NCBI GenBank assembly: GCA_016935435.1
Contig: JAFGQZ010000053.1
Coordinates: 3,558-67,557, forward strand
Direction of reading: 5' to 3'
Length of the DNA stretch: 64,000 nucleotides
DNA from: Bacteroidales bacterium
GTDB lineage: Bacteria > Bacteroidota > Bacteroidia > Bacteroidales > UBA10428
Both the position numbers and the translations under genes were made by a program. Below, piece by piece: positions 18,872 to 27,013 of this stretch (position 1 is its first letter; each line of letters begins with the position of its first letter). Under the pieces are notes generated by a model that saw nothing but the letters and a program-made list of their open reading frames with translations, was not told the origin of the DNA and made no database searches.

Positions 18872-19845
18872 TTAAATAAAAATGAAATTGGGGTTAATAT
18901 TGCTTTTCCAAGCCTGTAGGGTTTCGACCGGCGGATATTTTGCAGCTCGGCTGTAACTTTCCGGAGTTCTTTTGTGGCTACAGCTAAGTCTTTTTTTAAT
19001 ATTTCCAGTTCGGTTTTGGTACGATTTGTTATAACCTTGTCGAGAAAAAGATAGTAATCGATAATTTTTCGCTTGCCAGGGGTTTCATTATTGTATTTGA
19101 AAAATTTCTCAATAGGGTACAAGTCTGGATATGAATCGACAGTGGCCCTGCCCCGGGCAATTTTCTTCAGCCATTCCGAAATGGTTTTGGTGGTGTAATG
19201 CCGTATGTATATTTTATCGAAAGAGTATGGCTTAAAATATGAGTTCTCTGTGCGGGCAACGCCGTTTTCGTCACAAATTTTATAATTCCCGGGCGGGCTG
19301 TGAGGCACTATTTTTATTCCTTCGAGGTTTAGCCTGCCCCTTATTATCGATTTTACATGGTTGTTTTCAGGAAAGTCGTATTGAATATGTTTATTAAAAT
19401 CAAGGGGCTTTGTGAAACGCCCAACAACGCTGTTGCTGGCATGTTCCTCAATATCGTTGTCGCCATAGCACATCCAGTTTATATGGATAATGTCGAAACC
19501 TTTTATGGAATGTAAATATTCGTTTAGCGAGGCGAAGCCAGAATTGCCCGCCAGTGTAATAAACTCATCAACATCGATATAGGCAATCCAATCGTAGTTT
19601 TTGCCATACGAACAATGAAACTCGCTATAAGCTGTTGACTGGTATGCCTTTTTGCCCCTGCAACTAAGTATAAATACCTGTTTGTTAATATATTCAGTAA
19701 GAACTGGCTCAATAAATTCGCCGTCCACCTCATTGTTGTCGTAAATATAAATATGGGTAATGCCAAGCGATAAATGGTACTCTACCCATTCCCTGATATA
19801 ATCGTTTTCGCACTTAGCGATACAGCATATTGCGGTTTTCATCAT
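18868..19845 (-). CDS. glycosyltransferase (Glyco_tranf_2_4 / GT92-like) with a C-terminal coiled-coil tail
   Basis: 325 aa. The N-terminus KTAICCIAKCENDYIREWVEYHLSLGITHIYIYDNN and IDVDEF are typical of this GT-A subgroup. The tail ELEILKKDLAVATKELRKVTAELQNIRRSK looks coiled-coil. Confidence 0.65.
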   Translation of the reverse strand: MMKTAICCIAKCENDYIREWVEYHLSLGITHIYIYDNNEVDGEFIEPVLTEYINKQVFILSCRGKKAYQSTAYSEFHCSYGKNYDWIAYIDVDEFITLAGNSGFASLNEYLHSIKGFDIIHINWMCYGDNDIEEHASNSVVGRFTKPLDFNKHIQYDFPENNHVKSIIRGRLNLEGIKIVPHSPPGNYKICDENGVARTENSYFKPYSFDKIYIRHYTTKTISEWLKKIARGRATVDSYPDLYPIEKFFKYNNETPGKRKIIDYYLFLDKVITNRTKTELEILKKDLAVATKELRKVTAELQNIRRSKPYRLGKAILTPISFLFK

Positions 19846-19930
19846 AAAGCAAATTGATACTCATGCAAAACGGATTTGCATGTGTTGGGTTGTTGTTAAT
19901 AATCGGCATATTGCAACCATAAAGCTTGTA

Positions 19931-21172
19931 CTATCGATAATTAAATGTTCCTGTTATTTTTTTATATATTAATCTTTGTTTCGCTTTGCGGGCCAACACC
20001 CTGAGCGAATGGTTATTGGTAGTTTCAATAGCTTTTTCGGAATAGGTTGAAAACACATACTTCCGGTTGGTTTGTTTTTGGGCTTGTGTTAATGCAGTTT
20101 CTATGTTTTCGGCAGTTAAATCATTCTCCACCGAATATATAAACACACCTTGTTCCTTCATGTATTTATATACTGGAGAGAGCTCGCTTAAAAAGACCTT
20201 TGAGCCTTGCCATAGCATTATTAGAATATTGCCAACAGCTTGTTGCCTGATGTGGTTGAAAATGGCAACTTTTGATTTTTTAAGCATAGCATTATACGCT
20301 TCAAACGAAACAAAATCGAGAACAGGCTGAAATCTATCACCAAACATACTTTTCCCTAAATCAATAAGTTCCGGATGTTCTGACGGGTTTAGCCCATAAC
20401 TCAAAGGTACGATAATTACGTTGCTGATATTCAGGTTTTTTAATTGATAAAATACATCGGGGTGATTGTTTGTGTAAGTATATGAATTGCCAACTAAAAT
20501 TGCTTCTCCTAAGGTTTCGAACCTGTTGTTGTAAGAAGAAAAAGGGTTGTTGACAAAACCTATTTTATATGATAAATGCCTTGCCCTGAAGCCGGGAATT
20601 TTATTAAAAAAACTATATTCATGTGGCACTACCGTTGAACAGTAATCAATTCTTTTGTAAACCTTTTCAAGTTGTTGGCGATAGTTTTGGCCGTTTGGTT
20701 TTTTCAAAGTGTTTCTGAGCAGCCTGTGCAATGTGCGGGTGAAATTGTTTTTTAAAATAGTGTTTTTCTTTTTATAGGCTAACGGTTCTTTAAAAGTGGT
20801 CTTATGAACCACCTGGTATAGCTCAATAGTTTTTGGTTTTAATAAATTTTGTTTTATTATTGGCTGGTAGTCGTGTCCCCATGTTATCCAGTAAATTATT
20901 GGTTTAGTTTTTAAGTCGTTTATAATAAACGGATGGGTTAGGGAATGATATATAACAATATGGCTTTGGGTATTTGCATAAATTTTAAGGTATTCTTCGG
21001 AATTTGTTTCTACAATTTTTATTTCATTTGTTCTTTTTATATGCAATGGCTTATAGCCGGGAGATGCGGAAAACAAAACAAATTCGTTCTTTATACCGGA
21101 ATGCCTTGCAAAATCGTCAATTACAAAATCGATAAATTTGTCGTCGGGCACTATATGTAAAATCGATATCAT
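19931..21172 (-). CDS. GT56-like (WecF-like) 4-alpha-L-fucosyltransferase-family glycosyltransferase
   Basis: 413 aa. The N-terminus MISILHIVPDDKF and the C-terminal block FNHIRQQAVGNILIMLWQGSKVFL resemble the WecF block ARQQGIGTL...L that I recall. Assignment is from memory only. Confidence 0.5.
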   Translation of the reverse strand: MISILHIVPDDKFIDFVIDDFARHSGIKNEFVLFSASPGYKPLHIKRTNEIKIVETNSEEYLKIYANTQSHIVIYHSLTHPFIINDLKTKPIIYWITWGHDYQPIIKQNLLKPKTIELYQVVHKTTFKEPLAYKKKNTILKNNFTRTLHRLLRNTLKKPNGQNYRQQLEKVYKRIDYCSTVVPHEYSFFNKIPGFRARHLSYKIGFVNNPFSSYNNRFETLGEAILVGNSYTYTNNHPDVFYQLKNLNISNVIIVPLSYGLNPSEHPELIDLGKSMFGDRFQPVLDFVSFEAYNAMLKKSKVAIFNHIRQQAVGNILIMLWQGSKVFLSELSPVYKYMKEQGVFIYSVENDLTAENIETALTQAQKQTNRKYVFSTYSEKAIETTNNHSLRVLARKAKQRLIYKKITGTFNYR

Positions 21173-21201
21173 TTATTTTATTAAAGTTTAAGCTTGTTTT
21201 T

Positions 21202-21942
21202 TCATACATTTTGCTTTTGCTGGTTATAGCCGTTATTTGATTTCTTTGCCAGGCACCAGATTCCGTTTATCATCATTCCGTTATTAAAATTCCGGTGGTT
21301 GGCTTTTTTGTCTTTCTCAAAAAGTTTAATTATTAGTGGCCTTAACAATACCGATAAGGCATATTTTTTCCAACTGCTTTTTACAGCGCGCCTCACATAT
21401 AACCCGAGCATAGTAGCCATGCTTGCATGCCAGTTGCCGAAAGCTTGCATGTCGATTATTGAAAACCCGCTATTGTTCAGGAACCTCTTGAGCGAATATG
21501 GGGTAAAGCGGTATTCGTCGTTTGGTATATCGTGCAGGTTCCATAAAAACGGAACGGTTATTAACAGTGCAGCGTTTTCTTTTAACACACGGGAAATTTC
21601 ATCAAGCACTTTTTTTGTTTCGGGAATATGTTCGAGAACTTCAACCAACATTGCCGAATCTATTGTGCTGTTCTCAAATGGCAACACAGAGCCATTCCAA
21701 AACACATCGGGTTTAAGTTCGTTTTGGTATATTTCATTTTCAATGTCAACGCCAGTATATTTTTCGACATAAGGTTCAATAATGTTTTTATATGGCATTC
21801 TGCCGCAACCTATATCCAGAAAATTGCCAGAGAAGAAATTTTCGGCGGCAACACGCTGTATGAGTTCTTTTTTTTGCTCCAGCACATAAAAAACATCCAG
21901 TTTTTCTATTGAAGGTTTCTTTTGTTTGTTTCTATTTTTCAT
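21202..21942 (-). CDS. class I SAM-dependent methyltransferase
   Basis: 246 aa. FLDIGCGRMPY (motif I), DSAMLVEVLEHI and ALLITVP. Confidence 0.8.
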   Translation of the reverse strand: MKNRNKQKKPSIEKLDVFYVLEQKKELIQRVAAENFFSGNFLDIGCGRMPYKNIIEPYVEKYTGVDIENEIYQNELKPDVFWNGSVLPFENSTIDSAMLVEVLEHIPETKKVLDEISRVLKENAALLITVPFLWNLHDIPNDEYRFTPYSLKRFLNNSGFSIIDMQAFGNWHASMATMLGLYVRRAVKSSWKKYALSVLLRPLIIKLFEKDKKANHRNFNNGMMINGIWCLAKKSNNGYNQQKQNV

Positions 21943-21951
21943 GCACTTTTT

Positions 21952-23187
21952 TTATTCAAATATTTCGAACTTAAGCTTTGGCCTCACAGCCCCGGTCCAT
22001 TTTCCAATCCATTCGGTTTCGCGATAATCGGCCACTTCAAACCCCAATACCTTCTTTTCGATAAAAACCGGCTGTTTTCTTTGGTAGTCAACAATGTAAA
22101 TATCAATTGAATAAAAGCCGTCGTTTAAAAGGTTCTCATATATTTCGAACCGGCAATTATAGGTGCCTTTGTGCGCCTTAATTACATTCGATATTGAGTT
22201 GAAAATTACGTTTTCGTAATTATCGTTTAAAACCAGGCTAAGATTGGTTTCCATATCCGATTCAACTTCAAAAACAAATTCAACAACAATTTTACTGTTA
22301 ACTTTTAATGCACCATCTGAAATAATTTTTGCATGGCGAAGTATTGCCTTGTTAAAGATGGTTGAAGTATTTTGGTATTGGTGCTTAAAGTAATTAAATT
22401 CATTTTCGAGGTATTTGTCGATTACTTCCGATATTTTTCCCCGCGCATGAATACTTCCGTTCTGAATGATAACCCCATTGTCGCACAGCTGCCTTACAGC
22501 AGTCATGTTATGGCTGACAAAAAGTACTGTTCTGCCTTCGCCCTTTGAGACATCTTGCATTTTGCCTATGGCCTTTTTATGAAACTCGGCATCGCCAACG
22601 GCCAGCACCTCGTCAACTACCAAAATCTCAGGTTCGAGATGCGCAGCTACAGCAAACCCCAAACGTACAAGCATGCCGCTGGAGTATCGTTTTACGGGGG
22701 TATCGATGTATCGCCCGCAGCCCGAAAAGTCGATAATTTCATCCAGTTTTCTGCGTATTTCCGGTTTGGTCATCCCTAAAATTGCCCCATTAAGAAAGAT
22801 ATTTTCCTTTCCGGTTAGTTCCGGATGAAAACCAGTGCCCACTTCCAGCAGGCTCCCAATGCGTCCGTTAAAATGTATTTTCCCTGTTGTTGGCCCTGTA
22901 ACTTTTGAAAGAATTTTCAGTAGGGTACTTTTTCCTGCGCCGTTTTTGCCAATAATTCCCATAACTTCGCCTGGCATAATATCAAGATTAATGTCTTTTA
23001 ATGCCCATACATATTCCGAAATGCCCTTTACGGCCCTGTCGTTGGTTTCGCTAATTTTCAGAAAAGGGTCGTCTTTTCCACGGGCTTTATGCCACCAGCG
23101 TTTTATATCGTTTTTTATTGTACCCGTTCCAATGGTACCCAGCCGGTATTGTTTCGACAGGTTTTCTATTTTAATAATAGGCTCCAT
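21952..23187 (-). CDS. wzt: polysaccharide ABC exporter ATP-binding protein with an extra C-terminal domain (Wzt-type)
   Basis: 411 aa. Walker A GKNGAGKSTLLKIL, signature YSSGMLVRLGF and Walker B ILVVDEVLAVGD. About 160 aa follow the NBD, as in Wzt proteins carrying a glycan-binding domain. Confidence 0.9.
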   Translation of the reverse strand: MEPIIKIENLSKQYRLGTIGTGTIKNDIKRWWHKARGKDDPFLKISETNDRAVKGISEYVWALKDINLDIMPGEVMGIIGKNGAGKSTLLKILSKVTGPTTGKIHFNGRIGSLLEVGTGFHPELTGKENIFLNGAILGMTKPEIRRKLDEIIDFSGCGRYIDTPVKRYSSGMLVRLGFAVAAHLEPEILVVDEVLAVGDAEFHKKAIGKMQDVSKGEGRTVLFVSHNMTAVRQLCDNGVIIQNGSIHARGKISEVIDKYLENEFNYFKHQYQNTSTIFNKAILRHAKIISDGALKVNSKIVVEFVFEVESDMETNLSLVLNDNYENVIFNSISNVIKAHKGTYNCRFEIYENLLNDGFYSIDIYIVDYQRKQPVFIEKKVLGFEVADYRETEWIGKWTGAVRPKLKFEIFE

Positions 23188-23338
23188 CCTTTTTTTTTGA
23201 TTCTTTTGTGGTTAACCACCGGTTGTTTTTATCCATTCGAAATGTTTGAAGGGTTAAATTAAACCTTTGGGGTTTATACGAACTTCATATCAGCGCCGGG
23301 CAATAAATACCAGTTATTTATGCAAGTAGCTGGCTTGG

Positions 23339-24094
23339 CTACTTGCTGCGTTTTATTGACCACAGTGCAAGCCTCGAGAACTTTGTGTTTAGGCCAATCG
23401 TTTCTGAAACGGTAGCGGAGGCAGCAATTTTGTTGAATTCCGTGTCCCAGTTTAATTGATTGTCAAAACAGGGCCTTATACCCCTGGTAAGCATAAAATA
23501 TGTGCCCAGGCCTTCAAAACCGGTTAGTTGAAGGTTGTTGTCCTGTATGAGTTTGTCTATTTTGTTTTTCTGCAGGAACAGGTTGTGCCATTTCACGGGA
23601 ATAGGCCCCAACCCGAAATGCGCCCTTAAATCATTAAGCTCATTAACCCCTTCTTCATAGCCTTCAAGCATTAAAAAAGTACCTCCGGGCTTAAGATGGT
23701 TAATAAGTTCGAGGATTACTTTCTTCTGTAAATCCCATTCCATAAGGTTAATAATAAAACGTTGCGACACAATAAAATCGAAGTCTGTGTCGAGAGAATA
23801 ATCTTTAAGGAAGTCAACTTGCTTCAGGGTAATATTGTTGAGGTGCCCAACACGTTCCCGGGCCTTTTCTAAACGGGTTTCGGAGAAATCGCAGGCATAT
23901 ACGCTGGCCCCTTTGTTTGAGGCATAAACAACTGTGCCTTCTCCTTCGCCACATCCGGCATCGAGTATTTTTGAGCCTTCTGTAATTTTTGAGTTTATGA
24001 GTTTTATTTCTGCATTTATCAGGTTTTTGTCGTACATCGATTCAACATCGGGCTTGTTCCAGTATTCGAGTACTTCTTTATTGTTGTGTACCAT
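23339..24094 (-). CDS. class I SAM-dependent methyltransferase
   Basis: 251 aa. ILDAGCGEGEGTVVYA (motif I), FDFIVSQRFIINL and GGTFLMLEG. Confidence 0.8.
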   Translation of the reverse strand: MVHNNKEVLEYWNKPDVESMYDKNLINAEIKLINSKITEGSKILDAGCGEGEGTVVYASNKGASVYACDFSETRLEKARERVGHLNNITLKQVDFLKDYSLDTDFDFIVSQRFIINLMEWDLQKKVILELINHLKPGGTFLMLEGYEEGVNELNDLRAHFGLGPIPVKWHNLFLQKNKIDKLIQDNNLQLTGFEGLGTYFMLTRGIRPCFDNQLNWDTEFNKIAASATVSETIGLNTKFSRLALWSIKRSK

Positions 24095-24129
24095 AATTAT
24101 TTATATTAAATTCTTTTTTCGGTTATAAA

Positions 24130-25266
24130 TTATTTTGCATTCGTAATAAGTTCTATTATTGTATCAACGGTTTGCATATCTAGTTCGGGATATATAGGCA
24201 GGCACAGTACCTGCGACGATATTCTTTCGGCGGTTTTTAAATTTTGTGCATTGGCTGAGGGCAACCCCCTGTATGTTGGAAATTGGCTAATAAGAGGGTA
24301 AAAGTACCTGCGCCCGAATACTTTATGTTCGCGTAACAAGAAATATAAACCATCGCGCGAAACCGGAAAAGTTTTTTCATCGATAAATATTGGGAAATAG
24401 CTGTAGTTATAATTGTTGAGCCTCTCGTTCGGCAAAAAAAGGGTAAGGCCCTTTATGCCTTTTAGCTTATCGCGGTAGCGTTTGGCAATTTCAGCCCTTT
24501 TTTCAATGTTTTGCTTATGGTATTTAAGCTGTAAAAGGCCTAATGCAGCCTGCATTTCGTTCATCTTTGAGTTTATTCCCGGTGCCATAACCCTGGTTTC
24601 GTCTGCAAAGCCAAAGTTTTTAAGGTAATCGATTCGTTGTTTTGTTTTGGCATCGTGACAGATAATGGCCCCACCCTCCATGGTGTTAAAAGGTTTTGTC
24701 GCATGAAAACTCAGGGTTGACAGATCGCCAAAGTTTAAAATTGAAGAATCGCCGTAATTATTTCCAAAAGCATGTGCCGCATCGTAAATAATTTTCAGCC
24801 CGTAAGTGTCGGCCAAATCCTGAAGCCTCTCAACATAGCATGGGTTCCCATAAACATGCACTGCCAGAATAGCTGTTGTGGCAGGGGTAATGGCTTCTTC
24901 GATTTTTTCCGGATCGATATTGCAGTATTTTGGCTCGATATCGACAAAAACAGGCTTTAGGTTGTTCCACCATAAAGCATTGGTAGTAGCCACAAAGCTA
25001 AATGGAGTGGTTATTACTTCTCCCGAAATTTTTAAGGTTTGAAGGGCAGTTAGCAGGGCCAGGGTGCCGTTTGCAAACAGCGAAACATACTTAACGCCCA
25101 GAAAATTTGCTAATTCAGCTTCTAATTCCTGGTGAAAGGGGCCATTGTTGGTTAGTATTTTAGATCCCCATATCTTTTCGAGATACGGAAGAAATTCATC
25201 CAGAGAGGGCAATGTCGGTTTTGTAACATATATAGTTTCGTTTCTTGTAATCGATTTTGTTCCCAT
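24130..25266 (-). CDS. DegT/DnrJ/EryC1/StrS-family PLP-dependent sugar aminotransferase (WecE-like)
   Basis: 378 aa. The PLP-lysine motif LSFHATKPFNTMEGGAI and overall size are typical of NDP-4-keto-6-deoxyhexose aminotransferases. Confidence 0.85.
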   Translation of the reverse strand: MGTKSITRNETIYVTKPTLPSLDEFLPYLEKIWGSKILTNNGPFHQELEAELANFLGVKYVSLFANGTLALLTALQTLKISGEVITTPFSFVATTNALWWNNLKPVFVDIEPKYCNIDPEKIEEAITPATTAILAVHVYGNPCYVERLQDLADTYGLKIIYDAAHAFGNNYGDSSILNFGDLSTLSFHATKPFNTMEGGAIICHDAKTKQRIDYLKNFGFADETRVMAPGINSKMNEMQAALGLLQLKYHKQNIEKRAEIAKRYRDKLKGIKGLTLFLPNERLNNYNYSYFPIFIDEKTFPVSRDGLYFLLREHKVFGRRYFYPLISQFPTYRGLPSANAQNLKTAERISSQVLCLPIYPELDMQTVDTIIELITNAK

Positions 25267-25320
25267 ATTTATAAGTTTATTTTACTTTACCTTACTAATG
25301 TGTTGGTTAAAAAAAAATGT

Positions 25321-26157
25321 TTAAACCGTATCCATAAAGTTTTTTTCTGTTTTGTTGAAGACCAACAAGCCAACAAAGAATATAAAAATTGTAAAGCCTG
25401 TGGAATAGGCCACGAGCTTAAATGAGAATGTGCCGCTGCCAAGGAAAGCATACCTGAAAGTTTCGATAACCCCGGTCATTGGGTTCCAAAGCATCACGGG
25501 CATGTATTTTTCCGGGACCGACGACAAGGGGATGATAACCGGCGAAGCGTACATTAACAACTGTACGCCAAAGCTTACAAGGTTTTGCAAATCGCGGTAT
25601 TTGGTTGTGGAGGCCGATATTAACATACCAAGCCCCAGTCCCATGAAGCCCATATTAACAATAAGCAGGGGCAATAGCAATAGTGCCTTGTTTGGGGCAA
25701 CAGTGCCGCCTTGGACAAAAAAGTATATGTAAATCGACACAAAAAGCATGAACCCGATGCCAAACTGTATTAAGTTGCTGATAATAACCGACAGTGGCGT
25801 TATTACACGCGGAAAGTAAACTTTTCCGAAAATATAGGCATTGGCCGTAAAGGTATTTGATGTGGTGGTTAAGCAATTTGCAAAATAGTTCCAGGCTGTT
25901 GTGCCGGCCAGGTAGAACAATATTGGTGGCACACCCTCTGTCGATAATTTTGCCATGCGCTCGAAAACAACAACCATGGTAAGGGTTTGGAACAGTGGCC
26001 TTATAAACAGCCACAAAGGCCCCAATATGGTTTGTTTGTATTTGGCAACAAAATCGCGGCGTACGAAAAGCATTAATAAATCGCGGTACCGCCATATTTC
26101 TTTAAGGCGTAAATCAAAAAACTTATTTTCGGGCTGTATAGTTTGCTGAAAGGGCAT
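25321..26157 (-). CDS. wzm: ABC-2 type polysaccharide exporter permease (Wzm-type)
   Basis: 278 aa. About 6 hydrophobic helices. The N-terminal block WRYRDLLMLFVRRDFVAKYKQTILGPLWLFIRPLFQ is characteristic of Wzm/TagG/KpsM permeases. Confidence 0.9.
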   Translation of the reverse strand: MPFQQTIQPENKFFDLRLKEIWRYRDLLMLFVRRDFVAKYKQTILGPLWLFIRPLFQTLTMVVVFERMAKLSTEGVPPILFYLAGTTAWNYFANCLTTTSNTFTANAYIFGKVYFPRVITPLSVIISNLIQFGIGFMLFVSIYIYFFVQGGTVAPNKALLLLPLLIVNMGFMGLGLGMLISASTTKYRDLQNLVSFGVQLLMYASPVIIPLSSVPEKYMPVMLWNPMTGVIETFRYAFLGSGTFSFKLVAYSTGFTIFIFFVGLLVFNKTEKNFMDTV

Positions 26158-26169
26158 TTTCGTTACATT

Positions 26170-26700
26170 TTAGTTGTTAGTCCATAAAAGCAGGTAACCG
26201 TTGTTTTGATCTAAGTAATTGTTGAGCTCGCCAATTGGCGAAACCAGGTACCTTATACGTTTCCCGATAAGCTTTTCGGTTTTAGGTATAAGCCTTACCA
26301 GGTAATCGGTGTTTATTTCATCGCCCACCAGCAGTAAATCAATAATGTTGCTGTCGAGCCCGTGGGCAAAGCTCCCGGTAAGATAAACACTATTTATGCC
26401 CCCAAGCTTTTTAACTACGCGGTCGATTATTTGGTCGAACCCAATGGTTTTATAAATAATATTATGGATTTCTGAGAAAAGCGGGTGATTGGTATTCACC
26501 CGGTACATCTTTTTGTTTCCATGCATGCTGGAAATAAGCATATTTGCCTTCTCGAATTTGCCCAGCTCTACGCGAAGTGCATTGGGCGATTCGCCCAGTT
26601 CCTGTTCGAGGTTGCGCAAATAGGTATAAGAGGCACTGTTTAAGAAGAACTTTAAAAGCAGCTTCTTTCTGGTTTTCGATGTTATCAGCGTATTCAGCAT
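26170..26700 (-). CDS. winged-helix (ArsR-like) regulator fused to a nucleotidyltransferase-fold domain
   Basis: 176 aa. The N-terminal SKTRKKLLLKFFLNSASYTYLRNLEQELGESPNALRVELGKFEKANML looks wHTH. The C-terminal VYLTGSFAHGLDSNIIDLLLVGDE looks like a minimal-nucleotidyltransferase GS...D motif. It ends 12 nt upstream of wzm. Confidence 0.6.
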   Translation of the reverse strand: MLNTLITSKTRKKLLLKFFLNSASYTYLRNLEQELGESPNALRVELGKFEKANMLISSMHGNKKMYRVNTNHPLFSEIHNIIYKTIGFDQIIDRVVKKLGGINSVYLTGSFAHGLDSNIIDLLLVGDEINTDYLVRLIPKTEKLIGKRIRYLVSPIGELNNYLDQNNGYLLLWTNN

Positions 26701-27013
26701 AAAATTTAGTGTGCCAATTATTTTGTTGCTTGTCGGGCTTATACCGTATTAGAAACTGTAATAGGTTTCTTTTTTCTATAATAATGTATAATAAATTTAT
26801 ACAAAATATTTTTCAAATAAAACCTCGTTAATAAAAAAAATCAGTAAACATGCTGGCAGAATGCCAAATAATTGTATGTGCTTATTTAAACAATAATGTT
26901 TTTGTTCAGGGAAACTTTACTTATATTTAAAGTTATATTTTACTTTTTGTATTGATTTAAACAGTTAATAAACCTATCAATAAATATACAAGTTATAATT
27001 TCGATAAAGCTCA
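26701..27013. promoter_or_regulatory. divergent promoter region between the glycan operon (minus) and wzc-wza (plus)
   Basis: 313-bp AT-rich non-coding gap between two divergently oriented first genes. No individual promoter box is claimed. Confidence 0.45.

Noticed and set aside
23208-23219. A perfect 12-bp palindrome, GTGGTTAACCAC, in the 151-bp gap upstream of wzt. I considered it as a possible operator.
   Set aside because: About 15 perfect 12-bp palindromes are expected by chance in 64 kb. There is no second copy and no associated regulator.
25655-26095. A 146-aa ORF on the same strand as wzm but in a different frame.
   Set aside because: It is embedded in the wzm coding region, which has the strong permease signature. 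Its translation is Cys/Arg/His-rich with no motif.
26701-27013. A search for a Bacteroides-style invertible (phase-variable) promoter between the divergent operons.
   Set aside because: The region contains only a 6-bp hairpin (AGAAAC...GTTTCT). No flanking inverted repeats of 15 bp or more and no nearby recombinase gene were found.
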